The translations under genes and the position numbers were made by a program. From an uncultured virus (IMG/VR IMGVR_UViG_3300028048_000070) (lineage: Duplodnaviria > Heunggongvirae > Uroviricota > Caudoviricetes): 20,000 nucleotides of DNA. This document shows positions 9,119 to 17,625 of this stretch, one piece after another. Under the pieces are notes generated by a model. The model was given only the letters and a program-made list of their open reading frames with translations, had not been told where the DNA came from and made no database searches. Position 1 is the stretch's first letter; the number at the start of each line of letters is the position of its first letter. Location of the stretch: positions 115,786-135,785 of the IMG/VR virus record IMGVR_UViG_3300028048_000070. One strand, given 5' to 3'.

Positions 9119-9610
9119 AAGTTCTATAATATCAAGATTCCATATTACTATAGAATCAACATCCCATGTAGTAAAAATATGGGAATGGTTATGGAAATAT
9201 CCATAATTATTTCTCATAAATAATTCCATCCCATCAAATTTATTATATATCTTTTTCTTATCAAGTTCATATTTATAATCTTCATATCGACTTGGCCACC
9301 ACCAAAGACTTTCATCTTCAATCTCTTTCAAATATGGCCATATATCCTCAATTTTTCTTATTTTAAGAATTCTACTTTTTCTTTTAAGTTTAAATTCAAA
9401 AGATAACTTAAGTTTATGAACTTCAAAATATTCATATTCACACCAATCTTTCCATCCCCAATTAGTATTTTTCGGAGAAGCCCAGATTCCTTTAGGTTTA
9501 TCACCACTATCCCATTCTTCAATTGACATATCTTTATTAAGAAAATCTGATCCATAATGGACATAGATTTTCTTGTTTTTATATTTCTTTTTCTTCTTTG
9601 GCTTCCACAT
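9098..9610 (-). CDS. ADP-ribosyltransferase-fold-like protein
   Basis: Likely start is the ATG at 9610, preceded by GGAGG. Motif order YVHYG...KPKGIWAS...FDG...WDVDSIVIWN resembles H-type ART folds. Confidence 0.5.
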   Translation of the reverse strand: MWKPKKKKKYKNKKIYVHYGSDFLNKDMSIEEWDSGDKPKGIWASPKNTNWGWKDWCEYEYFEVHKLKLSFEFKLKRKSRILKIRKIEDIWPYLKEIEDESLWWWPSRYEDYKYELDKKKIYNKFDGMELFMRNNYGYFHNHSHIFTTWDVDSIVIWNLDIIELIKKKAD

Positions 9611-9643
9611 AAAAATATCCTCCAATTTTTATATCTTTTCTAT

Positions 9644-9701
9644 TTATATTATAATATCTTTTTAAAAATTTAAAAATATGGGTAGGAATTGCTTCCTACC
9701 C
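9644..9701 (-). promoter_or_regulatory. Terminator hairpin + early-type promoter module, copy 2
   Basis: Minus strand GGGTAGGAA-GCAA-TTCCTACCC (GNRA loop), a T-tract, then TTTTTAAAAAGATATTATAATATAA. Confidence 0.7.
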
Positions 9702-9707
9702 TTTATA

Positions 9708-12032
9708 TTATTCAAACTCATCTTCACCTTTAGATTTCTGTATACTATTATCAAGAGAAATCTGATCTTTAATCTTCTCTATTTCTTCATCACTCATATA
9801 AGAAGGAATTAATTTTCTAATCAATCTCTTCTTAAATAAAGCTTTAGCTTCATCACTCTGACCGCTCATTTCTACTTCTGTAATAGAATCTGCATATTGT
9901 GTAGCAGAATTCAAAAGCTGTGTTCCCTGAGTCATACTCAAGAATGCAGGTGGTGGTAATGTAACTTCAAGAGTAATATTCTCATCATATTCAAATCTAT
10001 AAATCTTAGTAAAGACTTCAGATAAGAAATCTTCCATTTTAAGTTGTCTCTTTAATACATTTCTTAATAACTTTGCATTAGTCATAGTATATCTAACAGC
10101 AAAGTCCATCCCAGTTGAACTATTTACTATCTCTAAAGGAACCCCAGTTGAGTTTACAGCTGATTCTTCTAAGTTAGATTGTAGATCTGTAGGAAAATCA
10201 AACTGTTGCCCAGGCATAGTATCAAACTGAATAGGAGCATCTCCAGAAGGTCCCATAGGAATAACAAAATCATTAAACCTACCAACAATACCTAAGATAT
10301 TGTTTACAGATTCCATCTGTCTTACTCCAAAATTACCTTTTTTAATAGTAGTAATTACATTCAATAAGCTCTGTGCTGTATTAGTATCAAGAGATTGCTT
10401 TACATAGTATACTCTTCTATCAAAACCTCTAGTAGCCCAACCTAATACAGAAGTTAATGTAAGTGTAATCCATTGCTTAGCAGGTACTAAAGCATCCCAA
10501 AGATCGGAGATTCCTCTATGTGTATCAGGATCTTCTTTAAACTTTAAATGATGAATATCATCACTTGGAATAAATACAATATCCATATCTAAAGTATGAG
10601 AAATCTGATTATATTTATCATTAAATTTCAAGATTTTATAAATCTCATCTTTTAAATCTGTATTAGAATTAATAAAAGCAGCATCAATTTTCTGTGAAAT
10701 CTTTCCTGCTAAAGTTCTAAGAAGAAGATTCTTTTGATTTTCTACATCTTCATTAGTAGTAACTTGTGTAGAAATTTGTCCATTATTAAACATACCAGTT
10801 ATAGAGTTATATCCTTTTATATTTCCAGTAGCATTCAAATCAAGATCTTCAAATTGATTAAATCTAATATAGTATGCTCCAAACATAGTATCTTCAATAT
10901 AAATAGGAATAATTCTATCATGTTTAATAGCTCTTAATACTGCACCATTTACTCTAACTTTAGTAGATTCTTTACCTTTAGAATTTACTAATCCATCTGC
11001 AGCAGATTTATCATCATCTTCCCATTCAAGTTCATCATCTCTAACAGTTTTATCAAACTTAACTACTGTAGTATCTTTATTAATTTTCTCTAAATGATCT
11101 GCAAATTTTTCATTGGTTTCATGAACTATAAATGATTCAGATAATCCTTTTAATAAATCATTTCCTGCAGCTCTTTGTAAATAAAGATTATTCTCTATTG
11201 CTTCTTTTAATACTTTTGATTTATCAAAATTAATTTTGATAATAGGTTCATTATTATCTCCTGATTCCATAGTAATAGTTACAGGAAGTTTCTTTATTTC
11301 TTGATTAAATTCTTTTCTAGTAACAGATTCAGTTACAGAAAAAGAAGTATTTTGTTTTCTTTTTAATAATTGCTCTAATGCAGCAGAGTAGGGAACACAG
11401 TATACAAATTCTTCTCCATATTTAGAGGTATCTTCATACCAAGTTTCTGCTTTGTTAGAAAGGTCATATTTTTTAACCATTTCATCTATATTATTTTGAA
11501 TAGCGGCATTTTTATCAGACTGAGGATTTTCTCCTTTAGCATGAATCTCCAAGAATTCTTTAGTATAAGAATCTGAACAGAGGACTGCATCTCTTTTGAT
11601 ATCCAATGCAGCTTGAAGTTTTGTCATATATTTACAAATAAGATCAAATTCATTATCAAGTTCAGAGATCCATTTAGTTTTGGAATAAGCTTCCATCATA
11701 GAAGCTACCATATCAGTAGATTGGAAAAGAGAAGAGATATCATCTTCTCCACCACGACCAAATGCTTTATCTAATTTAGCTTGAGCAGAATTAGAAGAGG
11801 ATGTATTCTTTAATAATTTACGGAATAATCTAGATGTATTAGATATATTCTTAAACTCTTCATCCTGTTGAGTAGATTTTCTAATAGCATCATCTAATTT
11901 ATCTGTAACCTGAGTTTTAAATTCTTCAGAATTATCATTAGTATAATAAGTATTATTATATAAATCATTTACTCTCTGTCTAAGTAAATCAAGAGATTTA
12001 TTTATTTTTCTCTGATTTGCATTATCAGGCAT
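9708..12032 (-). CDS. Portal protein (T4 gp20-like)
   Basis: 774 aa, AAGGAG RBS. RRVYYV...NDFVIPMG...IQFDTMPGQ...AVNSTGVPLE matches the gp20-type pattern RRIFYID...EDFFLP...IDTLPG...AL-x-VP. It also has KYGEEFVY. Confidence 0.8.
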   Translation of the reverse strand: MPDNANQRKINKSLDLLRQRVNDLYNNTYYTNDNSEEFKTQVTDKLDDAIRKSTQQDEEFKNISNTSRLFRKLLKNTSSSNSAQAKLDKAFGRGGEDDISSLFQSTDMVASMMEAYSKTKWISELDNEFDLICKYMTKLQAALDIKRDAVLCSDSYTKEFLEIHAKGENPQSDKNAAIQNNIDEMVKKYDLSNKAETWYEDTSKYGEEFVYCVPYSAALEQLLKRKQNTSFSVTESVTRKEFNQEIKKLPVTITMESGDNNEPIIKINFDKSKVLKEAIENNLYLQRAAGNDLLKGLSESFIVHETNEKFADHLEKINKDTTVVKFDKTVRDDELEWEDDDKSAADGLVNSKGKESTKVRVNGAVLRAIKHDRIIPIYIEDTMFGAYYIRFNQFEDLDLNATGNIKGYNSITGMFNNGQISTQVTTNEDVENQKNLLLRTLAGKISQKIDAAFINSNTDLKDEIYKILKFNDKYNQISHTLDMDIVFIPSDDIHHLKFKEDPDTHRGISDLWDALVPAKQWITLTLTSVLGWATRGFDRRVYYVKQSLDTNTAQSLLNVITTIKKGNFGVRQMESVNNILGIVGRFNDFVIPMGPSGDAPIQFDTMPGQQFDFPTDLQSNLEESAVNSTGVPLEIVNSSTGMDFAVRYTMTNAKLLRNVLKRQLKMEDFLSEVFTKIYRFEYDENITLEVTLPPPAFLSMTQGTQLLNSATQYADSITEVEMSGQSDEAKALFKKRLIRKLIPSYMSDEEIEKIKDQISLDNSIQKSKGEDEFE

Positions 12033-12062
12033 AATACATAATCTCCTTAATATGGATTAAAT

Positions 12063-12074
12063 TATAGTGATGTT
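12063..12074 (-). promoter_or_regulatory. Putative late promoter AACA-N6-TA
   Basis: Minus strand AACA-TCACTA-TA, an exact match to the AR9 late promoter consensus as I recall it, about 30 nt upstream of the portal start. Confidence 0.55.
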
Positions 12075-12095
12075 TTTTGAGTAATGAAATAGCAA

Positions 12096-12127
12096 AAAAA
12101 AGAAAAGGTAGTTACCTTTTCTTTTTT
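12096..12127 (-). terminator. Intrinsic terminator
   Basis: AAAAAAGAAAAGGT-agtt-ACCTTTTCTTTTTT just downstream of the 12136 stop. Confidence 0.7.
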
Positions 12128-12135
12128 ATTATATC

Positions 12136-12840
12136 CTATAAAAGCTCTAATATAGTATCTACTTCTGAATTAGATATATCTATGGTATTAGTATTTACAT
12201 AATCATCTATTTCTTTTCTTTTTATTTTTTCGATTATGATACTATATATACTATTATTCTCAGAAATCATAATTCCATCATAAGATACTATAAAACAAGT
12301 TCTTCTTTTATTAGGAATAATACTTTTAATATAATCATCTCTACAAAAATCTATTAAATAAACATTTTCTTTTTTATTAATTATCTTTGTAGATAAATAT
12401 TGAAAAATAGTAAGCATAATAATTGCATATAACTCATAATCCTCATCAGAAATAGGGCAAAGATATTGATCAGTATTATAAATTATATTATGATTATCTT
12501 TAATCTTAAATAAAATTTTATCTATTAATTGTTTTATTCTTATATTACATATTTCATAATCTAATGTCATTGAATAAAAACTTATTCTTATTGCAAAACC
12601 TGGTAGTGATCTATTTAATATAATTTTACCATTAAATGTATTTCCATTAAGACCCCATTCACAATCCTCATTTTCAATTGGTACATATCCATTCATTTTA
12701 CACATAAAAGAACCAGTTAAAGTTCTTAATAAATATAACATAAAAATCTTTATTTGATTTGCTGAAATTTTAATAGAATTAAAAGACCATAATAAATGCT
12801 TAACTTGATCTGCTACTTGATCAATATCAATATAATTCAT
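12136..12840 (-). CDS. Hypothetical protein (234 aa)
   Basis: Long ORF with an ATGA overlap with the upstream gene and a GGAGG RBS. Confidence 0.75.
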   Translation of the reverse strand: MNYIDIDQVADQVKHLLWSFNSIKISANQIKIFMLYLLRTLTGSFMCKMNGYVPIENEDCEWGLNGNTFNGKIILNRSLPGFAIRISFYSMTLDYEICNIRIKQLIDKILFKIKDNHNIIYNTDQYLCPISDEDYELYAIIMLTIFQYLSTKIINKKENVYLIDFCRDDYIKSIIPNKRRTCFIVSYDGIMISENNSIYSIIIEKIKRKEIDDYVNTNTIDISNSEVDTILELL

Positions 12841-13232
12841 GATACATCCTCCAATATCTTTCTATAATCTGGTGGAGTGGATGGAATTTTTTCAAATTCT
12901 ATACTAGCATCATCTTTTGTAAAGCTTTCATTTTTAATACATTTATGCATATATGAAATTATAGTTTTCCATATATCTGTTGTATTTAGCTTATTAACTA
13001 ATCTATCTATATCTTCTTTATCTATATTTTGATCTTTATATGATGTAAGAATTTCTGGTGATATCATAGATATATAAAAACATTTATCTTTATCTGGTAA
13101 ATTAAGTCCAAAAGCATATGTATTCTTATACATAGATACACAAGAAAATATAATAAATGTCTTATCATCATTATATTCTTCAAATCCAAGATTACTATAA
13201 AGCATGTTAGTCCATTCATAAAAATCTGTCAT
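12837..13232 (-). CDS. Hypothetical protein (131 aa), possible paralogue of the 13232-13684 gene
   Basis: TAATG coupling with the upstream gene. Shared ISM motif and terminal P-x-P-(D/N)-(Y/F). Confidence 0.75.
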   Translation of the reverse strand: MTDFYEWTNMLYSNLGFEEYNDDKTFIIFSCVSMYKNTYAFGLNLPDKDKCFYISMISPEILTSYKDQNIDKEDIDRLVNKLNTTDIWKTIISYMHKCIKNESFTKDDASIEFEKIPSTPPDYRKILEDVS

Positions 13233-13684
13233 TATTCGATATTCTCCATAAAATTAGGAATAGGATATTTAATACAAGATCCGCATACTCTCATAATATC
13301 ATAATAAATACCATCATATACAGTTTTGATATCATCTGGATAATCATATTCATTTGGAAATTGATTCATAGCTTTTGTTAAAAATTCTGCTACTTCTTTT
13401 GTAAATCTAAGTCTCTTTTTACCAGCATCTTTATTTGTATTTCTATGATCTGTAGGTAAAGGTGCTCCTGTTCTCATGGATATTCTTGCAACTTCTGTAG
13501 CTTTTGATTGATTTATATTATTATAAATTTTAATATATGGATCATATTCAAAATTTCTACCAATTTGAGGATCAGAAAATATACAATATGCTTTCTTCTT
13601 TCCTACTTTTTCACTGTATACAGGCTGTTCAATCAATATTTCTTCACTATAAATAGGTTTTTCATTATTAATATAATAAAGCAT
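13232..13684 (-). CDS. Hypothetical protein (150 aa)
   Basis: AAGGAG RBS and upstream promoter module. PYIKIYN...ATEVARISM...H motif. Confidence 0.8.
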   Translation of the reverse strand: MLYYINNEKPIYSEEILIEQPVYSEKVGKKKAYCIFSDPQIGRNFEYDPYIKIYNNINQSKATEVARISMRTGAPLPTDHRNTNKDAGKKRLRFTKEVAEFLTKAMNQFPNEYDYPDDIKTVYDGIYYDIMRVCGSCIKYPIPNFMENIE

Positions 13685-13724
13685 AAATAATCATCTCCTT
13701 TAATTAATAATATTTCAATTACTT

Positions 13725-13800
13725 CAATATTATAATATATAATTAAAAAACTATTTAAAAAAATAAAGAGAGGAATTTCTTCCTCCCTTTATTTTTTTAA
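13725..13800 (-). promoter_or_regulatory. Terminator hairpin + early-type promoter module, copy 3
   Basis: Minus strand AGGGAGGAA-GAAA-TTCCTCTCT (the G-U wobble forms only on this strand), TTTATTTTTTT, then TTTTTAATTATATATTATAATATTG. Confidence 0.7.
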
Positions 13801-14381
13801 TTAAACAAACTTTTATCCTGACTTCTTCTTTCTTTCAGGATATTTTTACAAGCTCTAATAGCTTGTTCAAGAAGCTCATCTGATAATGTAGGAAGTACCT
13901 TTTCGAAAAAGTACTTCTTTGAATTTTTCTTTTTCCATCCATCAGGTACTTCAAAGAAATCCTCCTCCTTTATATCGATATGGTCAAGGAGGCTACATAT
14001 TATACTTAATTGCCTGATTTTATCCAGAGCTCCTTCATCAGGGCGTACTCTATGACTTTTTGAAACTCCATAATTGTGTATCAGAGTTTCTTTCTCACCC
14101 CACAGATAATGATAAAGAGCTCTGTGGGGCCATGTTTCGTAAAGTACGTCAGAAGAGACTTCTCCTTTAATGAAATGGAGAAGGAGAATAGCCCCCTCTT
14201 TAATGTCTGATCCTTTAACCCGATTATAAAAAACACCTTCATAAAAGAAAGCATTATATAATGGATAGGATGAATCTGTCAAATCTTTAAGATCTTTAAG
14301 ATCATCAAGAATATTAAAGATCTCGTTGTACCAACCAGAATTTCTGATAATTGCCTCGATAAAATATCTTCTTTTGTTCAT
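13797..14381 (-). CDS. Hypothetical protein (about 194 aa, accessory cassette)
   Basis: Likely start is the ATG at 14381 (MNKRRYF) after AAGGAGA. The TTG at 14423 lies within the promoter motif. It is visibly more GC-rich than its neighbours. Confidence 0.8.
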   Translation of the reverse strand: MNKRRYFIEAIIRNSGWYNEIFNILDDLKDLKDLTDSSYPLYNAFFYEGVFYNRVKGSDIKEGAILLLHFIKGEVSSDVLYETWPHRALYHYLWGEKETLIHNYGVSKSHRVRPDEGALDKIRQLSIICSLLDHIDIKEEDFFEVPDGWKKKNSKKYFFEKVLPTLSDELLEQAIRACKNILKERRSQDKSLFN

Positions 14382-14420
14382 CTTATTTCTCCTTTTTAAA
14401 ATAATATAAGTATCTATTTC

Positions 14421-14481
14421 CAATATTATAATATCTCTTTTAAAAATATAAAAAATAAAGAGAGGAATTTTTTCCTCTCTT
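14421..14481 (-). promoter_or_regulatory. Terminator hairpin + early-type promoter module, copy 4
   Basis: Minus strand AAGAGAGGAA-AAAA-TTCCTCTCTT, TATTTTT, then TTTTTAAAAGAGATATTATAATATTG. Confidence 0.7.
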
Positions 14482-15106
14482 ATACTACTAATATATTTGT
14501 ATAAATATCTGCTATTAATTTAAATTTATTTTTATATAATATATATCTTACAGTTTTTATATTTTTATTATTTTGATCATTAATATAATCATATAATCTT
14601 AAACTTACTTTATCTGCTTTATTTAAATTAGTTATACTTTTACTTGCAGGAATCATAAAAATATTAATACCATTTGATACCATTATAGAACCTATATTAG
14701 TATTACTACTTACTGTACTAAAATTATTTATATTATAACAATCATCTTCTGAATATATACAATTACATTTATTATCAATATCATTATATATATTCCAATA
14801 ATTTATCATTTTATTTAATATAATATTACTACCAAGAAAATATGTTAGATTTAATAAATTTAACATATTATTTTCTTCTTTTAATTTAAGAAGATCATTT
14901 ATTTTAGCAGCAAAAATTATATTAAATATAATAGGTATTTTTATAATACTTATAAAACTCTCATCATCAGACATCATTATTATATAACCTGGTATATGGG
15001 TTATATAACCAGTAGTTCTAATAAATCCTGCATAAGAAGTTATTATAGGATTTATATATTTACATAATTCTATATAATTTACAGGAGTTACAGATCCTAT
15101 TTCCAT
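14480..15106 (-). CDS. Hypothetical protein coupled to the DNA polymerase gene
   Basis: The ATG directly abuts the polymerase stop, with AAGGAG inside the end of the polymerase gene. 208 aa, extremely AT/Ile/Asn-rich. Confidence 0.75.
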   Translation of the reverse strand: MEIGSVTPVNYIELCKYINPIITSYAGFIRTTGYITHIPGYIIMMSDDESFISIIKIPIIFNIIFAAKINDLLKLKEENNMLNLLNLTYFLGSNIILNKMINYWNIYNDIDNKCNCIYSEDDCYNINNFSTVSSNTNIGSIMVSNGINIFMIPASKSITNLNKADKVSLRLYDYINDQNNKNIKTVRYILYKNKFKLIADIYTNILVV

Positions 15107-15577
15107 TTATAAAATAGCTCCTTTCTTTATTTCTTCAGTAAGATTATCACTTACTGTTTTGTCAAGAGCTACATCAGAAATTACAACAGGATTATTTCCA
15201 TAAGGAATATCTTCAAATACAGAAGTCATATTAGATTTACTAATATAAATAGCATCTTTAAGAGAATAATCTATAGAAGGACCTTCATAAGAATTAAAAT
15301 TATAAAATTCTCTCAAGTCAGATTCTACATCATAAATATCTCCTAAGTTAAGCCATCTCCAACAGAATTCTAATATATTAGAAGTCATCAGATTATCTAA
15401 AAATTCTCCACCACGAGAATATTTAGCTTCATCATCATCATTACTAAACATATCAGGATGCTCATTACGAGAATATACTTTATTGGGATCGGATTCATCT
15501 TCAATAATAATTCTACCATATTGTGTATTTGGTGCTATATTATTTTCTAAGATAATAGATGGATAAAGTGAGGAGTA
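15107..15577 (-). CDS. Family B DNA polymerase N-terminal subunit, exon 2
   Basis: The frame is open 42 codons upstream of the called ATG (15451) and begins YSSLYPSIILENNIAP, the second half of PolB motif A. Confidence 0.9.
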   Translation of the reverse strand, partial: YSSLYPSIILENNIAPNTQYGRIIIEDESDPNKVYSRNEHPDMFSNDDDEAKYSRGGEFLDNLMTSNILEFCWRWLNLGDIYDVESDLREFYNFNSYEGPSIDYSLKDAIYISKSNMTSVFEDIPYGNNPVVISDVALDKTVSDNLTEEIKKGAIL

Positions 15578-15941
15578 CAGTAATCTTCACACAGGTCGCT
15601 AATCTGTGCAGTTCTCTTATGAACTTCTTCAGGTGTTACCTGAATGCTGAGACTATATCACGATCCAGTATATCCTGGACCTCTTATCACTTCGAGCTTG
15701 CTTAAGCCCTACTCCTTTCGGATAGTCGTTGAACCTTCTTTACATTATAAAGATTGGCTGCTGATTAGACATTGTTAATAAACCTTAGGACTCTTATTAT
15801 ATTAAGAGCTTTTATTTCACCATAGTTCATCTCTCTACTTATTTCTGTTTTCACTCCATATAGGCAAGAGAGCTTTAGCCTTTCCCAGCAATTCAATAAG
15901 ATTTTCTTCTCAGTATTACTACTAAAAAGCGACTAAAATCA
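15578..15941 (-). ncRNA. Group I self-splicing intron (IA-like, no homing endonuclease ORF), 364 nt
   Basis: Minus strand: P1 CGAU/UG-AUUU-UAGUCG with a U-G pair at the 5' splice site; P AAUUGCUGGGAAA; Q AAUCAGCAG; R GUUCAACGACUA; S UGAUAUAGUC; P3 CUUAUUG/UGAUAAG; P9 UUCAGGU-AAC-ACCUGAA; terminal G at 15578. Removing it restores VDFD-YSSLYPS in frame. Confidence 0.93.
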
Positions 15942-17495
15942 ATCGAAATCCACACAGTTCTCTACTAGCATAGTAGGCTTACCATTAATATGATATGTAA
16001 TATCTGGATTATTATTCAATGGATTGCCGACTTGAGCACCACAAAACTTAGCGTCGGGTTTCTCATTATAGATATTTTTATTATTACCAATAATATATCC
16101 ATAATTATAAAAATCTTTAGCAAATCTATTAGCTAAATATACACTCTGTCTATGACATTTAGAATAGTTTGTATTATTTACTAAACACTTAGTAAATATA
16201 TAATCGCAATCAGATGTCATTCTTTCTATACATTTCTGTACAATAACATCCATCACATTATAAAAACTGAATGTCTTAAAATCTATATAAGGAAGCATAT
16301 TAATATCTTTAGTGATATTAGAATAATCTAATTTCTTAACATTTGCTACATCTTCTCCAATAGCGTTTAATGCAAAAGATGGATATGCTGCTCTACCTTT
16401 ACGTCTTGATGCAAATGTTATCATTTGATCATTCCATACTGTATAAGAAGATATAGCTACAAAATCTCCTCTTTCTTCAAAATTATTTTTATTTCTCTCA
16501 TCTATATAATATCTTAAGAATTTAGGAGTAACTCTTTTATCACATACAGTTTCTATTACATCTCCACCTAACTCATATATTCTTGCTAATATATAAGATA
16601 AGTCAAATGACATATTCCATATATTAAGAAAATCTGGTGAAGAAATATTAATAATATCAAATAATCTTTCTAACATTTCTAATTCATCTTTAAAGAAGAT
16701 TAATTTATATTCCATATTATCAACACCAAATTTTACTGCTTTCTTATATCCTCCTACAGCATTAATTACAAAATTCTTTAATTCTCCTAATATATCTTTT
16801 CTAGAAAATTGTCTCTTATATTCCTGAAGTGCAGGATTTCTAGGATCATCAAAGATAAATTGATATGTAATATTATGAGCTTCATCACAATATGCTACAG
16901 CATTAATAGGTACTTCTCCAGGTTCTGGAAAATCTCCCATAGCATAACGCCCATCGGTTTCTATATCAAGATATGCTTTAGATAATTTAAAGATATTATT
17001 AGGATAAGATAATCCAAATAAAAATCTATAATAATTTTCTATATTCATATCTGACATAAATATAGAAGGAATAGTATGTAATTTCTTATTCTCACTAAAG
17101 ATTTTATTAGTTACATTATATTGATAGAAATCTATCATATTAGTAACTTCAGCTATAGCTTGTAGTATATTAGAATATTTACAGGTATAAGGTTCTACAT
17201 CTTCTTTAGGAATAAAGAATAATACATAATCTGTAGGGATTATATCATCTTTAAGTTTATAAAAAGTATATACTGGTTCTTTTATAATATGAATATGTTT
17301 TTCTTCAGTCTTATTATCTCTAAATAATATTGCTATATAATCTTTCTCATATACAATATTTCCTTCTTCATTTTCTACTTTCTTTCTAGGTATATAAGAA
17401 GTATTTATTACTGTTATATCAGAACCTTTTGGATATCCTGGAATTACTAATTCATATTGTTTATTATTTAAAATAAAACTCTTTCTCTTAGCCAT
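15942..17495 (-). CDS. Family B DNA polymerase N-terminal subunit, exon 1 (3'-5' exonuclease domain to motif A)
   Basis: ExoI YLDIETD, ExoII WNMSFDLSYI, ExoIII YNVMDV, then FCGAQV...CVDFD. AGGAG RBS. The spliced product is 674 aa. Confidence 0.9.
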
Positions 17496-17518
17496 TTATA
17501 TTTTCTCCTAAATTAAAT

Positions 17519-17554
17519 TATAATAAAGTCAAAAATTTTATAAACTTTAATTTA
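17519..17554. promoter_or_regulatory. Back-to-back putative late-type promoters
   Basis: Minus strand GACT-TTATTA-TA (17530-17519) toward the polymerase; plus strand AACT-TTAATT-TA (17543-17554) toward the 17626 gene. Confidence 0.4.
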
Positions 17555-17590
17555 TAATACTTCTAAATAATTATACCGAATGTAATGATT

Positions 17591-17615
17591 CAATATTATA
17601 ATACATTTTCAAAAA
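17591..17615 (-). promoter_or_regulatory. Early-type promoter motif, copy 6 (no hairpin), facing the DNA polymerase gene
   Basis: Minus strand TTTTTGAAAATGTATTATAATATTG matches the module consensus. Confidence 0.5.
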
Positions 17616-17625
17616 GGAGTTTACA

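Noticed and set aside
9358..13690. Short ORFs 9358-9564, 10734-10937, 13508-13690
   Set aside because: They overlap better-supported genes and show no RBS or protein-like features.
15107..15451. 114-aa ORF as an independent gene, or the polymerase as a pseudogene / TGA read-through
   Set aside because: It is exon 2 of the polymerase. Read-through of the TGA hits TAG two codons later, whereas intron removal restores motif A exactly.
15578..15941. tRNA or homing endonuclease in the structured gap
   Set aside because: The helices fit group I intron domains rather than a cloverleaf, and no ORF of useful length is present.
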